Positions 6,664 to 16,111 are shown, numbered from the stretch's first letter. The stretch: DNA of 32,000 bases from Erysipelotrichaceae bacterium MTC7 (GCA_001695645.1 LVZN01000034.1:30001-62000), one strand, 5' to 3'. Notes: a model not told the origin generated them from the sequence alone. Numbers and translations: made by a program.

Positions 6664-7914
6664 ATGCTGATGAGATTATTTGCTAATATTTTTAAAGCTC
6701 GGGATAAACCGCAAAATCGTATCGGTAGTGCATTTTCATTCCTGTTTGGCAGCACGACAGCTGGCAAAACAGTGAATGAGCGCACTGCAATGCAGGCAAC
6801 AGCGGTGTATGCCTGCGTAAGAATACTAGCTGAAGCTATTGCTGGACTGCCACTACATGTATATAGATATCGTTCTGATGGAGGTAAAGAAAAGATTCCT
6901 TTCCACCCTTTGTATTACCTTCTTCATGATGAACCAAATCCAGAGATGACTTCATTTGTGTTTCGAGAAACACTGATGAGTCATCTTTTACTTTGGGGTA
7001 ATGCTTATGCACAGATAGTTCGAAATGGTCGTGGCCAGGCAATTGCGCTTTATCCCCTACTTCCTAACAAGATGGAAGTAAGTCGAGCATCAAATGGTGA
7101 ACTGGTTTATACCTACTACCGGGATACAGACGAAAGTGGCCTGAATCCAAAGGGAGGCTATGTCACACTTCGCAAAGATGATGTACTTCACATACCAGGT
7201 TTAGGTTTTGATGGACTCATTGGCTATAGCCCTATTGCTATGGCAAAAAATGCAATCGGTATGTCACTTGCTACTGAAGAGTACGGTGCGGCATTCTTTG
7301 CTAATGGAGCCAATCCCGGCGGTGTGCTGGAGCACCCGGGAGTAATTAAAGACATACAGAGAGTGAAGGATAGCTGGAATAGTGCTTACCAAGGCACAGC
7401 TAAGGCACATAAAATCGCTGTATTGGAAGAGGGCATGAAGTTTCAAGCCATCGGTATACCTCCAGAACAGGCTCAGTTTTTAGAAACACGGAAATTTCAA
7501 ATCAATGAGATTGCGAGGATTTTCCGTGTGCCTCCCCATATGGTGGGAGATCTTGAGAAATCTAGTTTCTCCAATATCGAGCAGCAGTCTTTGGAGTTTG
7601 TAAAATACACTCTCGATCCGTGGGTGGTGAGATGGGAGCAAAGTCTCCAGCAATCGCTTATTTTGCCTTCTGAGAAAACATCAGTATTCATCAAGTTCAA
7701 TTTAGATGGTCTGCTGCGCGGCGATTATCAAAGCCGAATGAATGGCTATGCTATCGGGCGGCAAAATGGCTGGATGTCAGCTAATGATATCCGTGAATTG
7801 GAGGACATGAACCGTATCCCAGCTGAGGAAGGTGGCGATTTATATCTGGTTAACGGAAATATGACGAAACTGGCTGACGCAGGAGCGTTTGCCAAAACCG
7901 AAGGAGGTCAGTAA
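6664..7914 (+). CDS. Portal protein (HK97 family)
   Basis: Conserved blocks: TAVYACVRILAEAIAGLPL, LLLWGNAYAQIV, FFANGANPGGVLEHPG and QFLETRKFQINEIARIFRVPPHMVG. RBS AAGGAGA at 6654-6660. The start is ATG 6664 or 6670; the ORF is open from 6643. Confidence 0.93.
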   Translation: MLMRLFANIFKARDKPQNRIGSAFSFLFGSTTAGKTVNERTAMQATAVYACVRILAEAIAGLPLHVYRYRSDGGKEKIPFHPLYYLLHDEPNPEMTSFVFRETLMSHLLLWGNAYAQIVRNGRGQAIALYPLLPNKMEVSRASNGELVYTYYRDTDESGLNPKGGYVTLRKDDVLHIPGLGFDGLIGYSPIAMAKNAIGMSLATEEYGAAFFANGANPGGVLEHPGVIKDIQRVKDSWNSAYQGTAKAHKIAVLEEGMKFQAIGIPPEQAQFLETRKFQINEIARIFRVPPHMVGDLEKSSFSNIEQQSLEFVKYTLDPWVVRWEQSLQQSLILPSEKTSVFIKFNLDGLLRGDYQSRMNGYAIGRQNGWMSANDIRELEDMNRIPAEEGGDLYLVNGNMTKLADAGAFAKTEGGQ

Positions 7915-8604
7915 ATGAAGAAGTTCTGGAATTGGGTGCGAGATTCTGATGAAGGGCGCACTCTCTATTTAAATGGAGTGATATCCGAAGAAACATGGTG
8001 GGGTGATGAGGTCACACCTAAGATGTTCAAAGATGAACTGCTGGCTGGCACCGGTGATATTACAGTGTGGATTAACTCTCCTGGCGGGGATGTGTTTGCA
8101 GCAGCGCAGATTTACAACATGCTTATGGACTATACAGGAAAGGTTACTGTAAAAATTGACGGGCTTGCGGCAAGTGCAGCTTCTGTTATTGCAATGGCGG
8201 GTGGAGATGTATATATGTCGCCGGTATCCATGATTATGATTCATAACCCTTCGACCATTGCCATCGGTGACAGCGAGGAAATGCTGCGAGCTAAAGCTCT
8301 ATTAGATGAGGTTAAGGAAAGTATTATTAATGCCTATGAGTTAAAGACTGGTCTTTCCCGAACAAAGCTTTCTCACCTGATGGATGCAGAATCATGGATG
8401 AATGCAAACAAAGCCATAGAACTTGGTTTTGCAGATAAGATCATGTTTATGGAAAGTGAAACACCGGATTTGACGGATAGCCTTATCTTTAGCAGGATGG
8501 CGGTTACCAACTCACTTATTAGCAAACTACCTAAAAAACAAAAACAAAAAACAGGTACACCTATAGAGTCGCTGGATAAGCGGCTTTCTTTAATTTCTCA
8601 CTAA
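7915..8604 (+). CDS. Prohead (head maturation) protease, ClpP-like S14 family
   Basis: Motifs INSPGGDVFAAAQIYNML, GLAASAASVIAMAG and IMIHNP. Position between portal and capsid genes. RBS GAAGGAGG. Confidence 0.93.
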   Translation: MKKFWNWVRDSDEGRTLYLNGVISEETWWGDEVTPKMFKDELLAGTGDITVWINSPGGDVFAAAQIYNMLMDYTGKVTVKIDGLAASAASVIAMAGGDVYMSPVSMIMIHNPSTIAIGDSEEMLRAKALLDEVKESIINAYELKTGLSRTKLSHLMDAESWMNANKAIELGFADKIMFMESETPDLTDSLIFSRMAVTNSLISKLPKKQKQKTGTPIESLDKRLSLISH

Positions 8605-8623
8605 TTTAAAGGAGGAAATAACA

Positions 8624-9829
8624 ATGAGTAAAATTCTTGAATTGCGCGAGAAACGCGCTAAGGTTTGGGATGCGGCGAAGGCATTCCTTGATTCAAAACG
8701 TGGCGGTGATGGATTGTTATCCGCAGAGGACACACAAACCTATGAAAAGATGGAAGCTGAAGTTGTTGCACTTGGTAAGGAAATAGAACGTTTGGAACGT
8801 CAGGCGGTTATTGACTTAGAACTTTCCAAAGCCACAAGTAGCCCTATTACAAACACACCGTCCAAACATGCTGAAGATAAGACAGGACGCGCGTCTGCAG
8901 AGTACAAGAAAGCATTCTGGAATGCTATGCGTACTCGTGCAGGGGAAGGCCTTGATGTAAACGTAAGAAATGCCCTTCAAATTGGTACAGACTCCGAGGG
9001 TGGTTATCTTGTGCCTGACGAGTTTGAACGTACCTTAGTAGAGGCTCTTGAGGAAGAGAACATTTTCCGTTCACTGGCCAATGTTATCAATACATCTTCT
9101 GGCGATAGGAAAATTCCTGTTGTAGCTACAAAAGGTACTGCTTCCTGGGTGGATGAAGAAGGCACTATCCCAGATAGCGATGATAGCTTCGGACAGGTTT
9201 CTATAGGAGCTTACAAACTCGCTACCATGATCAAAGTTTCCGAGGAACTTCTTAACGATTCTGTGTTCAATCTTGAAGCCTACATCTCTAAGGAGTTTGC
9301 AAGGCGTATCGGTAACAAAGAGGAAGAGGCGTTCTTTACCGGTGATGGATCTGGAAAACCGACAGGTATCCTTGCTTCTACAGGTGGTGCCCAAATTGGT
9401 GTGACTACTGCAGGTGCTGCGGCAATTACAATGGACGAGGTACTTGATCTGTTCTATTCATTAAAGGCACCTTACCGTAATAAGGCTGTATTCGTTATGA
9501 ACGACGCCACTGTAAAAGCAATCCGTAAACTAAAGGATGGTCAAGGACAGTACCTATGGCAACCTTCCTTACAGGCAGGTACACCGGATACTATCCTCAA
9601 TCGACCATTGTATACTTCTGCATATATGCCAACTATTGCTGCAGCTGCGAAGAGTATCGCATTTGGTGATTTTAGTTATTACTGGGTAGCTGATCGTCAG
9701 GGTCGTGTATTTAAGAGGCTTAATGAACTTTATGCTGTTACTGGCCAAGTAGGCTTTGTTGCAACTCAGCGTGTGGATGGAAAATTAATTCTACCTGAAG
9801 CCATAAAAGTACTTCAGCAGAAAGCTTAA
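8624..9829 (+). CDS. Major capsid protein (HK97 family) with an N-terminal delta/scaffold-like coiled coil
   Basis: An N-terminal helical Lys/Glu-rich segment, then GGYLVPDEF, ASWVDEEG, EEAFFTGDGSGKPTGIL and QYLWQPSL, typical of HK97-type MCPs. RBS AAAGGAGG. Confidence 0.95.
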   Translation: MSKILELREKRAKVWDAAKAFLDSKRGGDGLLSAEDTQTYEKMEAEVVALGKEIERLERQAVIDLELSKATSSPITNTPSKHAEDKTGRASAEYKKAFWNAMRTRAGEGLDVNVRNALQIGTDSEGGYLVPDEFERTLVEALEEENIFRSLANVINTSSGDRKIPVVATKGTASWVDEEGTIPDSDDSFGQVSIGAYKLATMIKVSEELLNDSVFNLEAYISKEFARRIGNKEEEAFFTGDGSGKPTGILASTGGAQIGVTTAGAAAITMDEVLDLFYSLKAPYRNKAVFVMNDATVKAIRKLKDGQGQYLWQPSLQAGTPDTILNRPLYTSAYMPTIAAAAKSIAFGDFSYYWVADRQGRVFKRLNELYAVTGQVGFVATQRVDGKLILPEAIKVLQQKA

Positions 9830-9841
9830 TGGAGGTGCGTT

Positions 9842-10222
9842 ATGAGCTATAGCACAAAGAATTACACCGAACAGGGCGGTGAAAAAACTGTTATAGGCGG
9901 AACACTTGAAATCAAGGAAGGAGCCTCGGTAACGGGGCTCTCCGCCAATCCGCTTCTCGTGGCAACAGAGGAGACTCTCGGTGGTGTAAAAGCCGCCGCT
10001 GCTGGTGAGGGTGATACTGTCGAAATCAAAATTGGTGAAGATGGTAAGCTGTATGCTCCAACATATCCTACCGATGCTACAGAGTCAGTCTCTGGGCTGG
10101 TAAAAATGGCTGCTAATCAAGCCGACAGCATAGCCGAGGATACAGCCACTCTTGTCACGGATTTTAATGCTCTGCTCGCTAAACTAAAAGCGGTTGGGTT
10201 AATGGCAGCAGACGAAGAATGA
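9842..10222 (+). CDS. Putative head decoration or head fibre-like protein
   Basis: 126-aa ORF directly after the MCP gene with RBS GGAGGTG. It is Gly/Ala-rich with the C-terminus DFNALLAKLKAVGLM. The function is assigned from position and a recollected family resemblance only. Confidence 0.55.
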   Translation: MSYSTKNYTEQGGEKTVIGGTLEIKEGASVTGLSANPLLVATEETLGGVKAAAAGEGDTVEIKIGEDGKLYAPTYPTDATESVSGLVKMAANQADSIAEDTATLVTDFNALLAKLKAVGLMAADEE

Positions 10223-10241
10223 CCGGAAGGAGGCGGACGGC

Positions 10242-10559
10242 ATGACAACTGATAATCTTCTCCCAAAAGTAAAAGCAAATCTGATCCTGACGCATGACGC
10301 AGACGATGGACTTCTGCTGCATTACATCAAAGCCGCCGTCTCTTATGCGGAAAGTTATCAGCATGTTACTGAGGGTTATTACACTGAAAACATCATGCCC
10401 CCAACAACTGAACAGGCAGTAATCATGCTGTCGAGTCATTTCTACGAAAGCAGGGATGGCTCGACGGCTGGTTTCTTCGCCGATAGCGTACAGGCGGGGC
10501 AGCAGGTTTGGAACACAGTGAACCTATTGCTTCGGTTAGATCGTGAATGGAAGGTGTAG
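10242..10559 (+). CDS. Head-tail connector protein (gp6-like)
   Basis: The pattern LLPKVKANLILTHDADDGLLLHYIKAAVSYAE matches the gp6-like head-tail connector family. RBS GGAAGGAGG. Confidence 0.8.
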   Translation: MTTDNLLPKVKANLILTHDADDGLLLHYIKAAVSYAESYQHVTEGYYTENIMPPTTEQAVIMLSSHFYESRDGSTAGFFADSVQAGQQVWNTVNLLLRLDREWKV

Positions 10560-10562
10560 CCT

Positions 10563-10898
10563 ATGAGTTTTGGAAAGATGAACACCTTTATTGATATAGT
10601 TTCCGTTGAAAACGATAAGGATAGCGAGGGCTTTGGTACAATCAGTGACACTATTATTGCCTCGGTTCGTGCGTATAAGGAAGAACGACATGGTAATGAG
10701 AAATGGGCAAACAGGGCGGTATTTTCTGAAGCAACCGCTCTTTTTTGTTTTCGAAGGATCCCTAGTATCCATGTGACAACAAAAATGGTCATAGTAGATA
10801 GTGATGGGCGGTATGAAATTACCAGTGTAGAAGATGTAAAAGGCCGAGGAATGTATATTGAGGTTTTAGCAAAAAAGGTGGTGGCATCGAATGGCTAA
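10563..10898 (+). CDS. Head closure / head-tail adaptor protein
   Basis: 111 aa. Position and size fit SPP1 gp16-like head closure proteins. It overlaps the next gene by 8 nt. Confidence 0.65.
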   Translation: MSFGKMNTFIDIVSVENDKDSEGFGTISDTIIASVRAYKEERHGNEKWANRAVFSEATALFCFRRIPSIHVTTKMVIVDSDGRYEITSVEDVKGRGMYIEVLAKKVVASNG

Positions 10899-11322
10899 AG
10901 TGGATGTAAGAATGCCTGAGGACTTTCTTCTTAAGGTATCCAAATTGGCTGAGCAAACTGATGTGATTATCCCAAAGGTGCTGGAAGTTGGTGGTGAAGT
11001 TGTGCTTGCTAAAGTCAAGGATAACCTACGCTCTGTTGTTGGAAAGGGAACAAAATACCCGTCCAAATCCACGGGAGAACTTGTATCCTCTCTTGGTGTT
11101 ACTTCAGCAAAACAAGACCGTAAAGGTAATTATAATGTCAAGGTTGGGTTTTCAGAACCGAGAAGCGATGGTGGTAGCAATGCCAAAATTGCTAATATCA
11201 TTGAATATGGTAAACATGGGCAGCCTGCAAGACCATTTCTAAAACCCGCAAAATCTAAATCAAGAAAGCAGTGTGTGGAGGCCATGACTGCAAAGCTGGA
11301 GGAGGAGATTAACAGTCTATGA
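10891..11322 (+). CDS. HK97 gp10 family tail-joining protein
   Basis: The C-terminal NAKIANIIEYGKHGQPARPFLKPA is the characteristic HK97-gp10 family block. Confidence 0.85.
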   Translation: MAKVDVRMPEDFLLKVSKLAEQTDVIIPKVLEVGGEVVLAKVKDNLRSVVGKGTKYPSKSTGELVSSLGVTSAKQDRKGNYNVKVGFSEPRSDGGSNAKIANIIEYGKHGQPARPFLKPAKSKSRKQCVEAMTAKLEEEINSL

Positions 11323-11663
11323 GTATATTATTGGAACTAAATAGAATTGTGGATGGTCTAGGCATTCTTGTGGAAACGGGTGTGTTCAAGGACAAAGCCC
11401 CTGATGAATATGTTGTTATCACACCTCTTTCGGATACCTTTGATGTTCACTCAGACAATCGTCCACAGTATGAGATACAGGAAGCACGGCTTTCGTTATT
11501 TAGCAAAAAGAACTATCAAGTACGAAAGAATCAGCTTGTCCGTGCGTTCCTGGATGCAGACTTTACAGTGACGGATCGTCGTTATATTGGACATGAGGAT
11601 GACACGGACTACCATCATTATGCCATTGATGTGGCAAAAGAATATGAATTACAGGAGGTTTGA
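11319..11663 (+). CDS. Putative tail completion / tail terminator protein
   Basis: 114-aa ORF between the gp10-like and major tail genes, with 4-nt overlaps. The assignment is positional only. Confidence 0.5.
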   Translation: MSILLELNRIVDGLGILVETGVFKDKAPDEYVVITPLSDTFDVHSDNRPQYEIQEARLSLFSKKNYQVRKNQLVRAFLDADFTVTDRRYIGHEDDTDYHHYAIDVAKEYELQEV

Positions 11664-11665
11664 TT

Positions 11666-12265
11666 ATGGCAACGATAGGACTTGACCGTCTCTATTATGC
11701 TCCCATTACAGAGAACGAAAACGGAGACGAAACCTACGGTACGCCCGTTATGCTGGCAAAGGCAATCTCCGCAGAGCTATCCATTGAGCTTGCGGAAGCT
11801 ACCCTTTACGCTGATGACGGAGCGGCAGAGATTATAAAAGAATTCAAAAACGGAACACTCTCCCTTGGTGTGGATGACATTGGACGTAAAGCTGCTGAGA
11901 GTCTCACAGGAGCAACTACAGATGATAATGGTGTACTTATTTCAGCTAGTGAGGATGGAGGAAGCCCTGTTGCTATCGGTTTTCGAGCGAAAAAGGCAAA
12001 TGGACATTACCGCTACTTCTGGCTATACAGGGTAAAGTTTGGTGTTCCTTCAACCAACCTGGCTACAAAGGGAGATTCTATCACTTTTTCTACACCAACC
12101 ATTGAGGGAACTGTATCGCGCAGAAATAAACTGGATGGAAATGGTAATCATCCGTGGAAAGCGGAGGTCAATGAAGATGATGAAGGAGTTTTACCAGCTA
12201 CTATCAGTGGTTGGTATACGGAAGTCTATGAACCTGTTTTTGCTGTTTCTGGCGGAGGTGAATAA
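11666..12265 (+). CDS. Major tail protein (phi13-like family)
   Basis: MATIGLDRLYYAPITEN..., with ATG 11666 placed 7 nt after GGAGG. Size and position are typical of siphovirus major tail proteins. The ORF track opens at TTG 11660. Confidence 0.85.
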   Translation: MATIGLDRLYYAPITENENGDETYGTPVMLAKAISAELSIELAEATLYADDGAAEIIKEFKNGTLSLGVDDIGRKAAESLTGATTDDNGVLISASEDGGSPVAIGFRAKKANGHYRYFWLYRVKFGVPSTNLATKGDSITFSTPTIEGTVSRRNKLDGNGNHPWKAEVNEDDEGVLPATISGWYTEVYEPVFAVSGGGE

Positions 12266-12267
12266 GG

Positions 12268-12651
12268 ATGGATAACGATAGAAGTGCAACGATAAATATT
12301 GGCGGACAGCAACATGAGCTTATCCTCACGACCAAAGCTACAAAAGAAATCGCCCGTCGCTATGGTGGTTTGGAAAATCTGGGAGACAAATTGCTGAAAT
12401 CCGAAAACTTTGAGATGGCTTTGGATGAGATAATATGGCTTATTACTCTCTTGGCAAACCAATCCATTCTCATTCACAATCTTAAAAATAAAGAAGCTCC
12501 AAAGGATGTGTTGACCGAGGATGAGGTGGAACTGCTCACCTCACCACTAGAACTTGCAACTTATAAAAGTGCCATTACAGAAGCTATGTTCAAAGGAACA
12601 AAGAGAAATATTGAAAGTGAAGATAACTCAAAAAACACCGAGGCCGAGTAA
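12268..12651 (+). CDS. Tail assembly chaperone (G-like, zero-frame product)
   Basis: 127-aa acidic protein between the major tail and tape measure genes. RBS GGCGGAGGTG. It ends just after a slippery heptamer. Confidence 0.8.
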   Translation: MDNDRSATINIGGQQHELILTTKATKEIARRYGGLENLGDKLLKSENFEMALDEIIWLITLLANQSILIHNLKNKEAPKDVLTEDEVELLTSPLELATYKSAITEAMFKGTKRNIESEDNSKNTEAE

Positions 12652-12842
12652 GCGATGATGAATTGTTTACTCGGCTTCTTTACTACGGAACAGTGCATCT
12701 GAACCGTACTGAGGAAGAAACATGGCTCACACCATTAGGGCTTCTCATGGACTTGTGGGATTGTCATCGCCAGTTCTTGGGGCTTGCTAGCCGGAAGCGA
12801 GAACTCTTCATTGAGGATATTATTCCCGAAGGATTGAATTAG
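12268..12842 (+). CDS. Tail assembly chaperone, -1 frameshift fusion product (G-T-like)
   Basis: The -1 frame is open from 12627 to TAG 12840-12842. It has no in-frame start codon and encodes ...SDDELFTRLLYYGTVHLNRTEEETWLTPLGLLMDLWDCHRQF... Entry would be via A_AAA_AAC at 12630-12636. Confidence 0.7.
12630..12636 (+). other. Programmed -1 ribosomal frameshift slippery heptamer A_AAA_AAC
   Basis: The zero-frame codons are ..TCA AAA AAC ACC.. The X_XXY_YYZ pattern sits 13 nt before the zero-frame stop, and the -1 frame opens at 12627. Confidence 0.7.
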
Positions 12843-12860
12843 AAAGGAGGGCATTAACGT

Positions 12861-15317
12861 ATGTCTGATAATTTTGGCTTAAAGATTGGCATTGAGGGAG
12901 AAAAAGAGTTTAAGAATGCCCTTCGTGATATCAATCAATCCTTTAAGGTTCTAGGTAGTGAGATGAAACTCGTGTCCTCGGAATTTGATAGAAATGATAA
13001 AAGTGTTCAGGCGATAACCGCTCGAAATGAAGTTTTGAACAAAGCCATTGAAGCACAGAAGGATAAAATCTCTACACTGGAAGCCGCTCTAAAAAATGCT
13101 TCTGAGAGCTTTGGCGAGAACGATAGACGTACACAAAATTGGGCTATTCAGCTGAATAATGCAAAAGCCCAACTTAATGATATGGAACGAGAACTAGAAG
13201 TGACAGCTGATGAAGCAGATGATCTTGGAGAGGAACTTGAGGATACAGGTAATATTGCAGATGAGACTGGTAGCAAGTTTGAGAAGCTCGGCGGTGTCCT
13301 TAAAGGTATCGGTGTGGCGATGGGTACAGTTGCTGTTGCCGCAGGAGCTGCTGCGATTAAGCTTGGTAAAGAGGTAGTTGCTCAGTTCGGAGAGTTAGAA
13401 CAGAACCTCGGTGGCTCTGAGGCGGTATTCGGTCAATATGCCGCATCAATTCAAAAAACTGGTGAAGAGGCTTACAAAAATCTCGGTGTTTCCCAAAGTG
13501 AGTATCTTGCTACGGCAAACAAAATGGGTGCATTGTTCCAAGGCTCTGGCATAGAACAGCGCAAAAGCCTTGAACTGACAGAAAAAGCTATGCAACGAGC
13601 AGCTGATATGGCATCTGTAATGGGTATTGATATGCAAGTGGCACTGGACTCAGTAGCAGGAGCAGCAAAGGGTAATTTCACCATGATGGATAACCTTGGT
13701 GTTGCTATGAATGCTACCAATATCGAGGCCTATGCACTGGCAAAAGGCCTAGATTTCACTTGGAATACAGCTACACAAGCGGAAAAAGCTGAAGTAGCCA
13801 TGCAGATGTTTTTTGAGAACACAGAGCAGTATGCTGGCAACTTTGCCCGTGAATCAACAGAAACCGTTACAGGTTCGCTGGGTTTACTCCAAGCCGCACT
13901 CGGCTCGTTTACAGCAGGACTTGGCAATGCTGATGCAGATATGACGAATTTGACACAGAATCTTGTAGATGCATTTCAATCGGTTGTTGCTAATATTGTC
14001 CCAGTTTTAGAGAATATCGTAACTGCATTACCTACGGCAACAGGTGCGATATTATCAGCTGTGGGCGACTTGCTTCCTATGCTTATGAGGACTGTTACGG
14101 AACTGTTTTCTCAAGTACTGGAGGCAATTCTGAGTCTTTTGCCAGAACTCATTCCAGCTACTGTTGAAGCTGTAATGACGATTGTTGGGGCATTGATTGA
14201 TAATCTACCACTCCTAATTAATGCTGCAGTGGAACTGGTCACTGCACTTGTAGAAGGCATCGGGTTGGCTTTACCAAAACTCATACCAGCAACAGTTCTT
14301 GCTGTAACACAGATTGTACAAGGATTAACTGACAACTTGCCAATGATACTGGAGGCAGCCGTTCAGCTTATTATGGGGCTTTCCCAAGGTCTAGTTGACG
14401 CTATTCCGCAGTTAATTGCCGCATTACCCGCCATCATTACCGCTTTAGTTGACTTTATTATTGGTGCCATTCCGCAGATTATCGATGCAGGTATACAGCT
14501 TTTGGTGTCACTAGTTGAAGCATTGCCGGAAATCATTGCAGCAATAGTTGCTGCAATCCCACAGATAATTGATGGTTTAGTTAAGGCGATACTTAGCTCA
14601 ATCCCCCAAATAATTGATGCCGGGGTGAATCTGTTGATTGCCTTAATTCAAAATTTACCACTCATCATCACTACTGTGGTGGCAGCGATACCTAAGATTA
14701 TTACCTCGCTTGTCAATGCAATTATTGGCAGCATCCCACAGATAATTCAAGCGGGTATCCAACTTTTAGTATCACTGATTAAAAACCTACCTACTATTAT
14801 CGTGGAAGTTGTCAAAGCTGTCCCACAGATAATCGCAGCTTTAGTTAAGGGTTTTACGGGTTCAATTGGGCAGATGGCTCAAGTTGGTGGCAATCTTATC
14901 AAAGGTCTATGGCAAGGAATCTCTGATGCGGGAGCATGGCTCTGGGGGAAAATATCCGGTTTCTTTGGGGGTGTGGTGGATAAAATCAAAAACTTCTTTG
15001 GTATTCGCTCACCTTCTGCACTTTTTGCAGGACTTGGTGACAATATGGCACAGGGGCTTGGTCAAGGCTTTGAGAAGACGATGGCGCAGGTTGGTGAGGA
15101 TATGCAAAATGCTATTCCCACAGACTTTAGCACATCAGGTATAAACCTTAGCAGTTCTATCAATGGGTCAGTCGGTACTGGGGGGGTTGGTGGTTCGCTT
15201 ATCACCATACAGCAGATGATAGTTCGATCCGAGGACGATATCCGCAGGATTTCTCAGGAACTGTACAACTTGATGGAAACCGGCTCGAGGGCACAAGGAC
15301 GATTCAATCCCGCTTAA
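12861..15317 (+). CDS. Tail tape measure protein
   Basis: 818 aa, the largest helical ORF after the chaperone pair. It has an N-terminal coiled coil and a long hydrophobic Ala/Ile/Leu repeat core. RBS GAAAGGAGGG. Confidence 0.95.
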   Translation: MSDNFGLKIGIEGEKEFKNALRDINQSFKVLGSEMKLVSSEFDRNDKSVQAITARNEVLNKAIEAQKDKISTLEAALKNASESFGENDRRTQNWAIQLNNAKAQLNDMERELEVTADEADDLGEELEDTGNIADETGSKFEKLGGVLKGIGVAMGTVAVAAGAAAIKLGKEVVAQFGELEQNLGGSEAVFGQYAASIQKTGEEAYKNLGVSQSEYLATANKMGALFQGSGIEQRKSLELTEKAMQRAADMASVMGIDMQVALDSVAGAAKGNFTMMDNLGVAMNATNIEAYALAKGLDFTWNTATQAEKAEVAMQMFFENTEQYAGNFARESTETVTGSLGLLQAALGSFTAGLGNADADMTNLTQNLVDAFQSVVANIVPVLENIVTALPTATGAILSAVGDLLPMLMRTVTELFSQVLEAILSLLPELIPATVEAVMTIVGALIDNLPLLINAAVELVTALVEGIGLALPKLIPATVLAVTQIVQGLTDNLPMILEAAVQLIMGLSQGLVDAIPQLIAALPAIITALVDFIIGAIPQIIDAGIQLLVSLVEALPEIIAAIVAAIPQIIDGLVKAILSSIPQIIDAGVNLLIALIQNLPLIITTVVAAIPKIITSLVNAIIGSIPQIIQAGIQLLVSLIKNLPTIIVEVVKAVPQIIAALVKGFTGSIGQMAQVGGNLIKGLWQGISDAGAWLWGKISGFFGGVVDKIKNFFGIRSPSALFAGLGDNMAQGLGQGFEKTMAQVGEDMQNAIPTDFSTSGINLSSSINGSVGTGGVGGSLITIQQMIVRSEDDIRRISQELYNLMETGSRAQGRFNPA
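14139..14864 (+). repeat. In-frame tandem repeat array inside the tape measure gene (22-aa units, then three 44-aa/132-nt units)
   Basis: Five ~22-aa units of the form LP(E/L/K/M)LI..... are followed by three 44-aa units starting IPQIIDAGIQLLVSLV... at 14469, 14601 and 14733, exactly 132 nt apart. The underlying periodicity is 11 residues. Confidence 0.8.
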
Positions 15318-15332
15318 GGAAGGAGGATGAAA

Positions 15333-16106
15333 ATGGGGTTCACATTTAACGGAATATCATCGCAATCAATGAATATAAATGCTAGGCTTACAAACTGGCA
15401 AGCATCACCCTCATTGCGAAACTCCTTTGTAACAATACCTGGCAAGCCTGGTATTGCTGACTTTGGTAGCGATATTGCAGAGAAAATAATCACAGTTCAT
15501 TGTAATGTCTACCCACAATATAAATTTTCTAAATTGGTATCTGTTATGGATAACCTTGCTGATTGGCTGAATCCTGAACGTGGGGTGCAACAACTTGTGT
15601 TGGACGATGTACCTGACCGTTATTTCATTGCCCGTCTGTCAGAAGCAGTAGACTGTGACAGACTCATTCTTTCAGCTGGTGAATTTGATTTGAAATTTGT
15701 TTGCCCAGATCCCCATGCCTACGCTTTAACGGATGAAACCTATACTATAACAGCCGAGGGAGAAAATACCGTTACAAGGCTAAAAGGCAATGCCGACTCC
15801 GAACCAGTGTATTTGATAAAAGGAATAATTCCTTCAGGGACAAACACATATGTTTCCATTCAGACTAATAATGAAGAAATTCGTGTTATTGGTCCTTTGT
15901 ATGATGGTGAAACATTAATAATTGATACAGGAAAGGTCACAGCAAAGGTCGTTGATACTAGTGGCGAGACACTACGTAATGGCCTACCGCTTATGCAAGA
16001 ACTTAATTTTCCTGTACTTCGTAAGGGTAACAATACTGTGACGATTAATCCTGTAGGGGCGGATTTTATGGAGCTTAAAATACAAGCAAAAAGCCGATGG
16101 AGGTGA
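15333..16106 (+). CDS. Distal tail protein (Dit; siphovirus tail component family)
   Basis: MGFTFNGISS... is a typical Dit N-terminus, and the gene sits directly after the TMP gene. AGGAGG (15321-15326) favours ATG 15333 over ATG 15327. Confidence 0.85.
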   Translation: MGFTFNGISSQSMNINARLTNWQASPSLRNSFVTIPGKPGIADFGSDIAEKIITVHCNVYPQYKFSKLVSVMDNLADWLNPERGVQQLVLDDVPDRYFIARLSEAVDCDRLILSAGEFDLKFVCPDPHAYALTDETYTITAEGENTVTRLKGNADSEPVYLIKGIIPSGTNTYVSIQTNNEEIRVIGPLYDGETLIIDTGKVTAKVVDTSGETLRNGLPLMQELNFPVLRKGNNTVTINPVGADFMELKIQAKSRWR

Positions 16107-16111
16107 TGCAA

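Noticed and set aside
10442-11072. Minus-strand ORFs of 116, 78 and 68 aa opposite the head-tail connector genes
   Set aside because: They overlap tightly packed + strand genes that are translationally coupled with good RBSs. There are no start-site signals and no motifs, so they are treated as shadows.
12652-12842. Treating the gap between the chaperone and tape measure genes as a stand-alone gene or as non-coding
   Set aside because: The long open frame has no in-frame start codon or RBS, and the only ATG (12655) gives a 15-aa peptide in another frame. The frameshift-extension interpretation fits better.
13446-14335. Several minus-strand ORFs inside the tape measure gene, and the + strand ORF 14866-15144
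   Set aside because: The Ala/Ile/Leu-rich repetitive coding sequence keeps the opposite and alternative frames open by chance. There is no independent support.
14139-14864. Regular 66/132-nt periodic repeats considered as a possible CRISPR-like or non-coding tandem array
   Set aside because: The repeats are in frame within an 818-aa ORF and are conserved at the protein level (IPQII...). There are no unique spacers. They are protein repeats of the tape measure.
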